Below, piece by piece: positions 28,007-39,381 of a DNA stretch of 64,000 bases. The stretch covers positions 124,001-188,000 of the IMG/VR virus record IMGVR_UViG_3300046808_001241. One strand, written 5' to 3'. The notes beneath the pieces are model-generated. The model did no database searches. It was not told the origin of the DNA and worked only from the letters and a program-made list of their open reading frames with translations. Position 1 is the first letter of the stretch; each line of letters opens with the position of its first letter. Made by a program: the position numbers and the translations under genes.

Positions 28007-31000
28007 GTTGCACTAATTGTTAAACAGAATGTGTTAAATCCTATCTGGTTACTTACATTATAATTTATATGATATAAACCAGGAGATGGTAACAAACCTG
28101 TAAATACTCCACTATTTGTTGCTGAGATACTAGAAACTCCGCTTGTTATAGAATAACCGGTTGGGTTGTTTGTTGCAGAGACTTGAATTGTTGGAGTCAA
28201 ATTTGTGTTGTATACATTTAAGTATTGATTCAAAACTACAGGAGGCTCTAACACCGTATCAGAGGATATGTTATCAATATACCGATTAATCGTCTTGAGA
28301 GTCATTACTTCAGTTTGATCAATTACATAATCTACAACAAATAACTTTCCGTCTGTTTTTACTCCTTTATAAGTTAGCAAGTATGATTGTTTCGTGTTGT
28401 TAAAATGAAGAGCTGCCTTCGAAAGACTTTGTAAAGGAATGTCACTAACACTATTCCAAACATCATAACTATTACTAACATTATTTGGAAACTTAGTTGT
28501 ATACAATTTTGTACTTAAATCAAACTCAGTCAGCTCTGGATAAAATCCGGATCCAGAAATTACCGTATAAAGAGTGATGAGTTTTTTACTATCGGTTAAG
28601 AACCATGTTTGTTCAAACTTTCTGTTTTCGTTGAGAGGCTCTTTAATGATGTTATCAAATACTGCTGAAATTTTAGCTTCATCATAATCATAATCGATCT
28701 GAATATAAATTGCTGATAATGAAGTTTCTATTAATAAAGTATCAAAAAAGCAATCAACTGATCTAATTCCCTTACCTGTCAGTTGAGAGTAAAATGTTTC
28801 ATCAGATTGAAACAAATCAAATATTGCAGATAATGATTTATAAGCTGGGTTGACCAATTGTTCATTTGTTCTTGTCCACAACTCGCCAAGAACAGCTGGT
28901 CTTTGAGACACCTTTACTCCGCTCAGATCTTTGAACAATCCGTATTGATTGCCAAAAATGTCAGAAGACCAGTAATCAATAACTTGCTCGTTTTGTTTAA
29001 GAATTTGAGTGTCTGCCCAAGCCGATACGTTTCTGACTCCTGTAAAGCTTTTTGGTTCGTTTTTTGTATCCGTCCATTGGTCTGCTTCTGGTCCTCCCCA
29101 TGGAGACACTCTGCTTGAAGGAGTAACTAACCCAAGAAACGTTTGATCGGAATTTGTTTGATAAGGAACAAACGTTTGAAGGGATTTAGTTAAGCTTTTT
29201 TTAACTGCTCCAGCTAGTTGGCCAGCAACAGGAGGCTCCTTTAACCATTGGTTTTTTTCTTGCCAGTCATAAAGAGAATCTTGATCCTGTTTTGATAATC
29301 CTCTTCCTCCGATATGTACTTTTTCGTTTTCTGTTAAAAACTCCCCAGATAAATTCAAAGTCTTAAGAGATGTAGTAAATTCTTTGTTGATGAATTGAGA
29401 AGCTCCAAGATTTTGTGGCAAGAAGTATCCGCCTACATCATCCCTTGTATAGATGTCTTCTAAAACAGGAACCGTTGCAACAGTGGGATAAAATCTATTA
29501 GGTAAATTTGCCCAAGGCTTTGGAGAACTAAAAAATAATTCAGGAGTAGGAGTTTCAAGATCTTGAGTAACATCTGTAGATACAGTCCAAACGAAGCTGC
29601 TCAAAGCATAATATAAAATTTCTACAGGCAATCCGTTTTTAGTATTTGTTAGAGTAATCGGAGTAGCAGAGGTATTATAATATACCGACAAGTCTTCCTG
29701 ACGTTTAGATCTAAAGATTGAAGAAAGATTTGAAAATTGTGAAGTAGTTGCGGACAGATAACACCATTGTGTATCATCAACGAACGTTTTATAGTTAATT
29801 GGCTGTTTCCACTCTAGAGTATAACTTTTTCTATTATAGTCTATAACGCTTCCATAAGATATTTCGAATGGAGAAATTATTGGACTGTGGTTGGGCAAAT
29901 AGCTATCAATGTAGTTATTTGGATATCCCCAAGAATAAATTCCCTTGAATCTTGTTGATGAAGATTTGTCTAAATAAAGCTCAGCCCAGTATGGTCTTGC
30001 TCCTGGAGCATTTTGTTGAGCTTTGTTTGTGTTATAGTTCCAACCAAATAAATCATGTTCGATTAAGAAACCGTTCGTAGATGTTGTAAAATCCAATAAA
30101 ACTTCTTCATCAGAAAATTCAGGAACAACTGATATTAAAGGAATATTTGTCGACTCAAAAACTCTTGCTCCTCCAACTTTTGTTGCAGTGACAGCAATTG
30201 AATACGTTCCAGTAATAGGAGGAGTAAATGTTGGGGCGAAGGTGTTTAAAATCCATTGTTGCTCGCCGTCTTCTAATCTTTCGATTCTCCACGCATTAAT
30301 TGCAGTAATTTCAGTAAATTGAGTAGAAGGATATTGAGGATCTGTAGATCCAAAAGGCTTTTGTTGGAATGGCCAATTAATTGCTGTGTAGTTAACATCC
30401 GAATTTATTGCAATCTTGTCAAAAGATGACCAAACCGTATTAATGTTTTCTGAAGTATTTTCGACCTCGACAGTTGAAAGCAAGTACGAAGTTGTAGTAG
30501 GCCGTCTTTCATATCTAATAAAGTCTCCGGCATTTAGCTTCATCTGAGAAGACTTTTCAGTAGGAGCCCATGTTCCGTCTGCTTGCAATTTAGCTTCAGC
30601 CCAAACTGTTGCAGGAGTTAAAAATTTATAATTTACGGAATATGGAGGAAATTGTTCTTCTTGGGTTTTTGATGTAGCTCTGTAATAAAAATATACTTTT
30701 CCTGGTTTAAGAGTAAGAGGAGTAGTTGAAAGTAGGTTATTCGAAGTCCAAGCTCCATCACCCCAACTGTGTTTTGTTTTAGTTTTATACCAAGCAATTT
30801 CAGTAGAAGATTCAAACGTACCGCTTAAAGAATCCCTCCATGAACCAAAATCAAATTCATCTAGTTTGTTTGTTGTGTCTTCGATAACACAATCAGCAAA
30901 CATATTATTGTCTTGCAATTGTCTTCCGGTATGTCCAAAAGGACTATAATAGACTTGTTTGCAAGTGCACTTTTGCCATTCAAAGCTAGAGACAGAAGGA

Positions 31001-32880
31001 GTGTTTGTAGTAAAAGGACAATCAGCACTATGTGGAATAGTAGCAAAAACGTCATTTACACTTGTTTCGGGGCCCTGCCATAAAAATCTTGTAAAAACTC
31101 CAGGAGCAAATAAAGCACTGAATCCGTCTTGTTTGTGAGTTTTATAACCACTTAACTGAACCATTGCTGCAGAAAGCCAAGCACATTCAAGAGCGGCATC
31201 TGACTCATCTTTATAGTTATTAACTTTGTAAATTTTGTCTGCTAGCTCAAAAGAAGAAGCAGCAATAGATAAAGATGTTGATATGTCTTGAATAGAAACA
31301 GCATTGCAAGCTCCTGCAAATGAAATCTTTTCTAAATACGAATTGAATTCAGATTCCTCATTTACCGTTCCATATGGCCACAAAAGAACGTTTGTGGAGT
31401 TAGGAGAAACAGGCAATGAAGTTCTTTCAAAGCGATATAACCAAGCTCCACTTAATTCCCCGTAAGGGATTGTTGTGTCTTCGGTACGATCTGTTCTAAT
31501 ATAGACTTGATCAGCAAAATTTGGGTTTTTATTAGGAATTGCACCAGAGCTAATCAAAGTTGTGTTATTCAGTAATATAACATCATGAGTGTCAGCTGGT
31601 AAGGTTTGAGACCAATAAGCTTGATTAACTTGAGCTTTTAAATCTTTTGATAGAAAATCAAACCCTTGTGTAAATTCTAAGCTCGAACCAGTCCATGGAA
31701 TATTGATTCCAGATAAACCATATCCCGGAAACGGAAATATAAAAGATGTGGTGGAATTTTGCTTGAGAGAAGACTTAACTGTTTTCGGTTCTTGTTCAAA
31801 GTCTTTATAATAAAGCCAAGCACTTTCAACTCGTTCTCCATTTTTGACAAAGACGACATCTGAATCTTCAATTGTTGCTCCAGCAGTAGCTCCTTCAATT
31901 TTTAGTGAACTCAGAGCTACGGGAGTCAGCTTTCCTTTTATAGCTACACTGTTGTCCAGAGTGCCATACGGATAATAAAAATAATTGTTTCCTGCTTGAA
32001 GAGGAACGTCTGTTGTTTCTGTTACCGAAGAAGCAGCAGTAAATGTTACTGTATACTTGTCTTCTGAAAGATAATTTTGTAAAAAACTTCCGTATAAGTC
32101 TGCATCAGATGTTTCAAGAATATTAGAAGTAAGTTCAGAAACAAATGATTCAACATCCGAACTTAATGGAAGACTCAATGAACTAAACAACCATTCAGAA
32201 GAGGAAAGCACGATTCCTTTTGTGAGGAAGAATTGTTCTGTTGCATCATGAAACAAATTATAGTATCCTGATACAGGAAGGCTGGTAGATTGATCAAAAT
32301 AAACGTGATCATCATAAACTTCTTCTACTTGAATTACTAACGAATCTTGAAGAGCAGAAAATTGAGGAACGACAGTTTGTAAGGATGGGTCTAGTTCGTT
32401 GTTTAATGAAGAAAAAGTTTCGAACAAATAGCGGTAAATTTCTTGCTCGATTGATGTAGGAGTTCCAACTGTATTATACTTTACTTTGGTGTTTTTAAGT
32501 TTATTGCGAAGCTTTAGATAATACAGAGAAATATCTTTAAGCTTTTTAGCAAAGTAAGGAATAGCTAAAAGAAGTTCTTTTTCGTCAGCTAAATTTACCT
32601 TGTTGTACCAAAGGTTTTTTTCTTCTTCAGAAAAGAACAATTGGAGTTGGTCTAGAAGATAAAGATACTTTTGCCTTAAAACAAATTTTTGAGAAAGCTG
32701 CTTTTCTTTATTGTTAGCAAACCACTCTAAAACATATCTTTGATAGTGGTACGGAGCATCCTTTTCAGCAAGACTAGGTCTGCGCTGCTTCCATTCAAGA
32801 TACGAGAACGGAGCATTTAAGTCAGTCTTTGTACCCTGGGGCTCGTTACTAACAATCTGTTTAAGATATTTCGGTTCCAC
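28003..32880 (-). CDS. Very large (1625 aa) baseplate/tail structural protein
   Basis: Uninterrupted ORF in the baseplate cluster, S/T/P-rich, C-terminal Ig-like segment. Confidence 0.6.
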   Translation of the reverse strand: MEPKYLKQIVSNEPQGTKTDLNAPFSYLEWKQRRPSLAEKDAPYHYQRYVLEWFANNKEKQLSQKFVLRQKYLYLLDQLQLFFSEEEKNLWYNKVNLADEKELLLAIPYFAKKLKDISLYYLKLRNKLKNTKVKYNTVGTPTSIEQEIYRYLFETFSSLNNELDPSLQTVVPQFSALQDSLVIQVEEVYDDHVYFDQSTSLPVSGYYNLFHDATEQFFLTKGIVLSSSEWLFSSLSLPLSSDVESFVSELTSNILETSDADLYGSFLQNYLSEDKYTVTFTAASSVTETTDVPLQAGNNYFYYPYGTLDNSVAIKGKLTPVALSSLKIEGATAGATIEDSDVVFVKNGERVESAWLYYKDFEQEPKTVKSSLKQNSTTSFIFPFPGYGLSGINIPWTGSSLEFTQGFDFLSKDLKAQVNQAYWSQTLPADTHDVILLNNTTLISSGAIPNKNPNFADQVYIRTDRTEDTTIPYGELSGAWLYRFERTSLPVSPNSTNVLLWPYGTVNEESEFNSYLEKISFAGACNAVSIQDISTSLSIAASSFELADKIYKVNNYKDESDAALECAWLSAAMVQLSGYKTHKQDGFSALFAPGVFTRFLWQGPETSVNDVFATIPHSADCPFTTNTPSVSSFEWQKCTCKQVYYSPFGHTGRQLQDNNMFADCVIEDTTNKLDEFDFGSWRDSLSGTFESSTEIAWYKTKTKHSWGDGAWTSNNLLSTTPLTLKPGKVYFYYRATSKTQEEQFPPYSVNYKFLTPATVWAEAKLQADGTWAPTEKSSQMKLNAGDFIRYERRPTTTSYLLSTVEVENTSENINTVWSSFDKIAINSDVNYTAINWPFQQKPFGSTDPQYPSTQFTEITAINAWRIERLEDGEQQWILNTFAPTFTPPITGTYSIAVTATKVGGARVFESTNIPLISVVPEFSDEEVLLDFTTSTNGFLIEHDLFGWNYNTNKAQQNAPGARPYWAELYLDKSSSTRFKGIYSWGYPNNYIDSYLPNHSPIISPFEISYGSVIDYNRKSYTLEWKQPINYKTFVDDTQWCYLSATTSQFSNLSSIFRSKRQEDLSVYYNTSATPITLTNTKNGLPVEILYYALSSFVWTVSTDVTQDLETPTPELFFSSPKPWANLPNRFYPTVATVPVLEDIYTRDDVGGYFLPQNLGASQFINKEFTTSLKTLNLSGEFLTENEKVHIGGRGLSKQDQDSLYDWQEKNQWLKEPPVAGQLAGAVKKSLTKSLQTFVPYQTNSDQTFLGLVTPSSRVSPWGGPEADQWTDTKNEPKSFTGVRNVSAWADTQILKQNEQVIDYWSSDIFGNQYGLFKDLSGVKVSQRPAVLGELWTRTNEQLVNPAYKSLSAIFDLFQSDETFYSQLTGKGIRSVDCFFDTLLIETSLSAIYIQIDYDYDEAKISAVFDNIIKEPLNENRKFEQTWFLTDSKKLITLYTVISGSGFYPELTEFDLSTKLYTTKFPNNVSNSYDVWNSVSDIPLQSLSKAALHFNNTKQSYLLTYKGVKTDGKLFVVDYVIDQTEVMTLKTINRYIDNISSDTVLEPPVVLNQYLNVYNTNLTPTIQVSATNNPTGYSITSGVSSISATNSGVFTGLLPSPGLYHINYNVSNQIGFNTFCLTISAT

Positions 32881-32896
32881 TAATAGTAATTATTCG

Positions 32897-33715
32897 TCAA
32901 ATTGCTAAAAGAGGCACCTTAAATTGCTGTCCGTTAATAGTAATAACCAAGCTAGAAATACATTCTGTAATTGTTTGGCCGGGTTCTATAGAAACATTGC
33001 TCAAAGAGACCGCACCCGTCAAATCCCCTCCGGAAAGAGGCAAAAAGTTTGAGTGAGAATATTGTAAAGAAATTGAGTTGTCCCAATTTGTTGCAGAATT
33101 TGTTTGAACTGTTGAGAATGCGCTATCCCAATTTGCAGAGAGATCCCTTAATTCTGCATCAAATGTATTGTCAATTTCCCATGTTGCGGAATTGGTTTGG
33201 ACGACGGTATAAACCTCATTCCAAGCTCCTGAATTTGACTCTACGAGGGTATATGCAGTTTGCCAGTTTGCTGACAAATCCCGTAATTCCGTATCAATGG
33301 AGTTGTCAGTTTCCCAAGTAGCAGAATTAGCTTGAATCAGAGTATAGCTTTCAATCCACGATGCAGAATTTGATTCAACCGTTGAAAACGTACTATCCCA
33401 ATTTGCAGACAAATCCCTTAATTCCGTATCAATGGAGTTGTTAGTTTCCCAAGTAGCAGAATTTGTTTGAATTAACGTATAAGCTTCTTCCCAAAATGCA
33501 GAGTTTGAACTAACAAGAGTATAAACAGATTCCCAATTGCCTGACAAATCTTTTAAATCAGTTCCTTGATATTTAAACAAATCAGGAAGACTATCTTGAA
33601 CTGTTTGAAAAGTTGTTCTTAGTTCCCCTGTAGCACTTGCTTTATATCCTACAAGATAATCCCCACTTTCGAGTGATGTAGAAAGATCAAAATCTGTTAG
33701 CTTCTTGTTTGCCAT
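32897..33715 (-). CDS. Fibre protein with 45-aa Trp-periodic repeats
   Basis: About 3.5 copies of ETxNSIDTELRDLSANW...SNS..W...YT..Q.NSATW; SNFLPLSGGDLTG shared with 12800..15451. Confidence 0.7.
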   Translation of the reverse strand: MANKKLTDFDLSTSLESGDYLVGYKASATGELRTTFQTVQDSLPDLFKYQGTDLKDLSGNWESVYTLVSSNSAFWEEAYTLIQTNSATWETNNSIDTELRDLSANWDSTFSTVESNSASWIESYTLIQANSATWETDNSIDTELRDLSANWQTAYTLVESNSGAWNEVYTVVQTNSATWEIDNTFDAELRDLSANWDSAFSTVQTNSATNWDNSISLQYSHSNFLPLSGGDLTGAVSLSNVSIEPGQTITECISSLVITINGQQFKVPLLAI

Positions 33716-33719
33716 AATG

Positions 33720-36700
33720 TTAATTATCGCTTATTAAGCGTTTTGTTAAAATGTTGTTGAACATAGTTTCTACCAAACCATTGTCACCATACCACTCTTC
33801 ATAGGAGGAAAGTGTATAATCAACGGTTGTGAAATCAGAGTCCCAATTGATTATATTGCCTTTATAACCAATCTGCTCTTCGTTGTACTCAAAGAAGTAA
33901 TAATTGTCAAAAATCGGTTCCCTTAATCCTTCAACTTGTATAGCAGAAAGTTGATATTTTAGATTCGGAGAAGGAAGCTCGATCGACATATTGTTGATGG
34001 TTAAAATGTCTCGTTCGTTTTGAATATCGATTAAGATATTTCCAGCACTTAAAGGAGCAACGTAAACCAGTTGATATTTGTCGCTGTAAATACGATCTTT
34101 TGCAAAAATATACTGACCTGCAGAAACAAATGATGCTTCAGACAACACAGGACCTATGTTTTTGTTTAAATCTGTTTCATAAACAACCTGGCCTCTTAAT
34201 CTGTGTTTTGGTACTGAAAATAGATTTATTAATCTGCTTACTTCTACAGGAAAGTCTGTTCCGTAAATGTTAGCTGGTACAGATAATTGTTCTGCAAACG
34301 ATAATAACTGTGTTATTTCAGCCGTTTCGAAGTCTCCATGAGTCTGTACGAAGTTTGCAATTCTTTCATAGGCCACTCTTCCGATATCTTCTTTTGTAAG
34401 AATTCCGTCTCCAGCAACAGCTGACAAAAATTCATCAAATAAGATAGGATTTTCTTTTAGAATTTCCGGAAGAGCAAGAGATTTAAAATACCCAGCACAA
34501 TCAAACTCTTCATTAACTTTTGCTATATTGAATGAATTGTTTAGATCATACACATTAAACGGGGTAGAAGATCCTCTTACAGGTAATGAACTATAAGAAC
34601 CACTATATTTTTGATACCATCTGTTTCCACTCCAATCTCCACCTGCTTGAGCCGACCTTACCTTTTCTTCAGGCAGAGCGCTTATATAATTTGTTCCACC
34701 TATTACTACATAATTTGTGTTTGCAGTAGGAATTAATTCAAATGTGTTCAAACTGCCAAATGGATCAGAAGTTTTAAATACAAACAACACGTTTTCTTCC
34801 GAATCCACAACCCAAACGCGATCAAAAACATCTACTGTCAACCCTCCCCAAATTTCGTTTTCATAATAGGCTTTATGAATATCTTCCGGAGTATATCCAG
34901 AAACTTCTTCAAACGATTTTGTTGCTCCGTAAAATTTGTAGTGAGTAAATGTTTCGGTTGTATTATTATATTTGCTTAAGAAATTGTAGCCGTGGGTAAC
35001 CCATAGATTGTTGCTACGATCCAACATTATATAGCTTGGTCTGATAGCTCCCTCTATTGTCTTCAGGAGCGTTCCGTCAGTTCCTGAATGAAGTTGAATT
35101 TTATTTGAGTCCCGACAAGCAACCCAAACATTGTTTTCCGGATTTATTGTTAATGAAATAGGAACACTTGTTAAAGGAAGAGAAGTAGCTCTAAACAACT
35201 CTGCTCCAGTGTCTCCATCAAACTTGATCAAAGCAGAGCTGATTGTATGGGAATAACAAGCCCATGCATCGTTGTTGGAGTCAGTTTCAACTATTGGAGG
35301 AGAAACTAGCATCGAACCTTCTGCAGATAAACCAAGTGTTGTGTTTGGGGTGGCTGATAAAACTAAGTTCAATGAAGAATCTAGCTTTAACAAAACTTCC
35401 CTGCTATATAAAGAAATCCAGATATTACTAAAACGGTCAATTGAAATATGAGAAGGGACGTTGTAATCATCTCCAGTATAGCTAGAAATTGGAATCGTTT
35501 GATTAATTCCTAGTCCTCCATTCAAAACATAAAGAACGTCTTGATCCGCGTCTGTTGCATATAGCTTGTTTTGAATTGGATCAAAAGCCATTCCATAAAC
35601 GTTCGAAGTACCAGACAATTGATAGTTTGCCAAATTTGCTGCAGTTAAAACAGGAACGCTAACATAAGAAGCAGAGCCCTCTACAAGAATTCCCAAATCT
35701 TTATAGTATTGAATGTTTCCGCAAATTGTTGAAGAATATGTAACGATATCAATTCTGTTTATTGTGCTAACATTTGGATGGGAAACATAAACATTCGCAT
35801 AAATTGGATATCCATCCGGAAAAGAAAAAGCTAAAGTAGAGCTTCCGGTTTCTTGGTTTGCAGCAATTGTGCTTACTGCAACTACCACAGAAGAACTAAG
35901 AGGAGATAAAGGTGTAATTGTAGTAAAAAGATAACCGCTGGTAGTATTATCTTGTTCGTCAAATGCTTTGAAATACAAAGGGGCTTCAGAAGAGTTATAA
36001 GAAGTACCGTCGACTTCTACTGTATAATAATCTTCAGGAATTAGAGAACCTCCTTCTGCAGACAATACGAGTTTGACTTTGTTTACACCTCCAAGTTCGT
36101 TTGTTCTTGGATACGAAAGAACTTTTGACGGTTGAGTTGATGCATTACCGAACTCGTCAAGCAACGTAGGGTCAAATTCGCATGTAATCATCACAGGAAT
36201 TGGTACGTTTGACCATTTGATTGGATGAATGTCGCTGAGATAGTTTTCTGTGACTTTTAGTCTTGTTGGAATAGCATCATTGATCTGCCAAGAAATTACA
36301 GCACGAGCAACTTCTGAATTGCTATAACTATAATACGGATATCTTAAAGACTCCGGAGGATATGTAAATCTTTCCGTGCTTAGCGTTGCAGCTAATAAAA
36401 GAGGACAGCCGCCTCCGGAGGCTAAGTCATCAACATAATAAAATGAAGCACTACCAGAAACAGCAACGACTTTATTATTTCTATAAATTGGATTGGTTTT
36501 TAATACAATAGGACCATCTAAGTCTTGATCAGTTTCGGCATCGACAAACCTCCAACGAGGAACCAAAAATTCCCATTTTTCTGGAACAGCATAGCTGGGT
36601 ACTGAGTTTGTGTTAAATGCTTGCAAGACGATTGATAAAGGCTGATCAATTTTTGATGACGTCAATTCAATAGTAAAGGGAGAATCAGATTTAACGCTTG

Positions 36701-37004
36701 GAGTTCCATAAGCACTCGGAAGCTGAGTAAAAATCAAAACATCTCGAAAGATGTAATCAACATCAACATCCGTTTGATCGGTTAATAAAAACCCTTCGTC
36801 CGTCCAAGCTGATAAACCAACTCTATAAACTCCAGGAAATCCATATGTAGCTGTGACAGAAGGAGTGTTATATTCAAATAATCCATTTCCTAGATCCCAT
36901 GAAAATTGAGTATATTCGGCTGGAAATTCTGCTGTGTATATGAAATCTGTTGCATATACATTGCCTTTTTGAGATTCCGGAGTAACTGTGAAATAGTTAG
37001 GCAT
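33720..37004 (-). CDS. Baseplate-associated protein with PKD domain and beta-propeller
   Basis: FSWDLGNG...TYGFPGVYRVGL; repeated ISIDRFSNIWISL, INPENNVWVA, LDRSNNLWVTH. Confidence 0.65.
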   Translation of the reverse strand: MPNYFTVTPESQKGNVYATDFIYTAEFPAEYTQFSWDLGNGLFEYNTPSVTATYGFPGVYRVGLSAWTDEGFLLTDQTDVDVDYIFRDVLIFTQLPSAYGTPSVKSDSPFTIELTSSKIDQPLSIVLQAFNTNSVPSYAVPEKWEFLVPRWRFVDAETDQDLDGPIVLKTNPIYRNNKVVAVSGSASFYYVDDLASGGGCPLLLAATLSTERFTYPPESLRYPYYSYSNSEVARAVISWQINDAIPTRLKVTENYLSDIHPIKWSNVPIPVMITCEFDPTLLDEFGNASTQPSKVLSYPRTNELGGVNKVKLVLSAEGGSLIPEDYYTVEVDGTSYNSSEAPLYFKAFDEQDNTTSGYLFTTITPLSPLSSSVVVAVSTIAANQETGSSTLAFSFPDGYPIYANVYVSHPNVSTINRIDIVTYSSTICGNIQYYKDLGILVEGSASYVSVPVLTAANLANYQLSGTSNVYGMAFDPIQNKLYATDADQDVLYVLNGGLGINQTIPISSYTGDDYNVPSHISIDRFSNIWISLYSREVLLKLDSSLNLVLSATPNTTLGLSAEGSMLVSPPIVETDSNNDAWACYSHTISSALIKFDGDTGAELFRATSLPLTSVPISLTINPENNVWVACRDSNKIQLHSGTDGTLLKTIEGAIRPSYIMLDRSNNLWVTHGYNFLSKYNNTTETFTHYKFYGATKSFEEVSGYTPEDIHKAYYENEIWGGLTVDVFDRVWVVDSEENVLFVFKTSDPFGSLNTFELIPTANTNYVVIGGTNYISALPEEKVRSAQAGGDWSGNRWYQKYSGSYSSLPVRGSSTPFNVYDLNNSFNIAKVNEEFDCAGYFKSLALPEILKENPILFDEFLSAVAGDGILTKEDIGRVAYERIANFVQTHGDFETAEITQLLSFAEQLSVPANIYGTDFPVEVSRLINLFSVPKHRLRGQVVYETDLNKNIGPVLSEASFVSAGQYIFAKDRIYSDKYQLVYVAPLSAGNILIDIQNERDILTINNMSIELPSPNLKYQLSAIQVEGLREPIFDNYYFFEYNEEQIGYKGNIINWDSDFTTVDYTLSSYEEWYGDNGLVETMFNNILTKRLISDN

Positions 37005-38815
37005 TAAATGACTTTATCTGTTTCTTGTTCCAAGACTTCGATTTGCGAAAAAACACTCTGTAAGTTATCGTAATACACAAATTCAAAATCTTTCATTTCT
37101 ATATCATTGACAATCGATTGTTTGTCTAAATCCGGATACGAAGGATTCCACATAAACAAAGAAAGTCCATTGAACGTTTCGTCTGTATCCAACCTTCTTG
37201 TAATAATTTTCGAAACTCCATCAACTGCTAGAATACTTTTAGCTAAAGAGCTGTATTCAAAAAGACCTCCAAGAGTCGCATTTGTAGGATTGAAGAAGTC
37301 TTTAAAGATCGTTTCTACTTCTGATGCAATAGATCTAGTGGATCTTTTATTGTTCGTTGAACGGATAATTTCCAATCTACAAAAATCTTTATCAGAAACA
37401 ACTACTTCGTCATTAGTTTTAACACCAATGGATACTGCTTTAAACACTGGATCTAAAAACGTAATTTCAGAAGTAAGAGTCTTGAGCGAATCAATGTTTG
37501 ATTTAATGATTTCTTTTTGAGCAGGCAAAAGGTACTTTAATGTTGATTGCTGACTAACTTTTGGAACACAGCAAATATAAACGTTATTGAAATTACAGCT
37601 ATCTGCATAAGCAATTTGATTCAACAAAATCTGCCTAAATGAAGTTGGAGAAACTTGTATGTCATTAAAATATTTTAAATAATCGCTGGTATAATCCCAG
37701 TTTGAAAACACTCTTACGTCGTTAATAAAGTTGGAGAAGTTTGTTCTAATGAAGGTTTCGTAGTCTTCTTTTGTTACTAAGCGATATTGGCTCTTGAAGT
37801 TTGCAGGAGCATTTTTTCTAATATCATCTGCTGTTTCAATATCTTTTGGAACGGTTGAGCCCACAACATTATTGAAAAACAAATTGTTTAATTGGTTTGT
37901 GTTTAAGTATGTGAACTGTTCGTTGTTTACTTCAGTCAGTAACGGTCCAAATGTTGAAGTATTAAAGATTGACTTCGTTCCAGTAGAAATTTCCCCAGGT
38001 CCGATAATTCCTTGCTGGCCAGAGCTTTGCAAATAATAAATTGCTACTTGATCGTTTTCTTCAAGCTTTCTTCCATTAATACCATCCCCGAAAGTAACTT
38101 CATAAAGAAGATCAGAATTTAATCGTTTTTCGAACGATCTGGAAAAAGCTTGTTCCGTATAAAGTGTTGGAACGTTTGCATATTGCACCCAACGATTTTG
38201 ACGAGACTCATACACATATACATCGATGTTAAAGTGATCCACAAAAATGTTTGAAACGTTAATTGTAACAACTTCATTAGGATCTCCGCTAGCTCTATAT
38301 AATGGATTTTCACGATAAATTCCTTGGTATAAAAGTTTTTTGTTTGTTAAGTCTGTAAGTTCTACTGCTTGCGGGTCTGTTGATATTGCAAACGAGACGT
38401 CTTCGTTAAACGAAAATGGAACTCCAGCAACAGTCAAATAGGTATAACGAGGTATTGTATAAAATCCTGCATTAAGATTTTGTGCCGAACATTGAAAAGC
38501 AAGAGTCGAAGTCTGATAGCCAATTGGTTTGTAGTCAAGAAGCTTTACAATTCTGCTAATGTTTTCATATAACTGAGCTTCAGTAAAGATCGACTCCGTA
38601 CTAGTTCTGTTAAGATAGAACATCAAAGTGTTAAAAGAATATGAAATAATATCAATAATAGCAGCTAGATTTGAACCAATATAGTTTTGATCGGTATAGA
38701 TGCCCTGATCATTCATTCTTTGAATAATCAAATTACGAAGCGATATAGCATCAAATGCTGCGTAGCTATCTTTAGGTAGCGGATATTCGTTTGTTGGTAC
38801 TATTTCGTTGGCCAT
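37004..38815 (-). CDS. gp6: Baseplate wedge subunit, T4 gp6-like
   Basis: FD..SLRNLI...TD.NY.GSNL...IDI.SY....MFYLN...ES....AQL.ENI....KLL.YKP; YEVTFGDGI.GRKL; ETADDIRKNAP..F..Q.R.VT.EDYE. Confidence 0.92.
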   Translation of the reverse strand: MANEIVPTNEYPLPKDSYAAFDAISLRNLIIQRMNDQGIYTDQNYIGSNLAAIIDIISYSFNTLMFYLNRTSTESIFTEAQLYENISRIVKLLDYKPIGYQTSTLAFQCSAQNLNAGFYTIPRYTYLTVAGVPFSFNEDVSFAISTDPQAVELTDLTNKKLLYQGIYRENPLYRASGDPNEVVTINVSNIFVDHFNIDVYVYESRQNRWVQYANVPTLYTEQAFSRSFEKRLNSDLLYEVTFGDGINGRKLEENDQVAIYYLQSSGQQGIIGPGEISTGTKSIFNTSTFGPLLTEVNNEQFTYLNTNQLNNLFFNNVVGSTVPKDIETADDIRKNAPANFKSQYRLVTKEDYETFIRTNFSNFINDVRVFSNWDYTSDYLKYFNDIQVSPTSFRQILLNQIAYADSCNFNNVYICCVPKVSQQSTLKYLLPAQKEIIKSNIDSLKTLTSEITFLDPVFKAVSIGVKTNDEVVVSDKDFCRLEIIRSTNNKRSTRSIASEVETIFKDFFNPTNATLGGLFEYSSLAKSILAVDGVSKIITRRLDTDETFNGLSLFMWNPSYPDLDKQSIVNDIEMKDFEFVYYDNLQSVFSQIEVLEQETDKVI

Positions 38816-38816
38816 A

Positions 38817-39317
38817 TTATCTGTTTCTGGATGTTTCTACAAAAATAAATGATTGTTGTTTGACGTCCAAAATAGTATTTATAGACGTTGTTGTATTTAA
38901 AATAGGGATTGAAACAATAATTGTTATTTCATATTCATTGTCGTCTGGCTTTGCTACTACATTACAACGTTCCAGCTTGACTCTCGGTTCATACTTGTCA
39001 ATAGCTGTTACAATCCTTTCCCCAATCATCTGACCGTTTATTTCAGTTATTGGTTCAAAAAGCCATTGATAGATGTCTAAGCCATACAAAGGAAATAAAA
39101 ACCTTTGGCCAGGCAGAGTGTTAAAAAGATTTCTTAAAGAATTTCTGATTGCTCTTTCATCAAAATCTACTTGGGTATCGTTTCCTTCAATTTTTCTTTG
39201 TTGAGACGTGCTAAATTCACTAGACTTAGCAAAATCCAAATGCAGATCTTTAAACACATATTGCTTCTGCTTGAATTGCTCTGCTATTTGTTCCAGATTA
39301 GCGATCTTGATTGCCAT
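38817..39317 (-). CDS. gp25: Baseplate wedge subunit, T4 gp25-like
   Basis: DERAIRNSLRNLFNTLPGQRFLFP.YG......LFEP...I...I..YEPRV. Confidence 0.92.
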   Translation of the reverse strand: MAIKIANLEQIAEQFKQKQYVFKDLHLDFAKSSEFSTSQQRKIEGNDTQVDFDERAIRNSLRNLFNTLPGQRFLFPLYGLDIYQWLFEPITEINGQMIGERIVTAIDKYEPRVKLERCNVVAKPDDNEYEITIIVSIPILNTTTSINTILDVKQQSFIFVETSRNR

Positions 39318-39381
39318 TAAAATTACTTATTCAAAGAAAATTTGAATGAGATTTTTGAAATAAAATTGATAAATAAGATTC

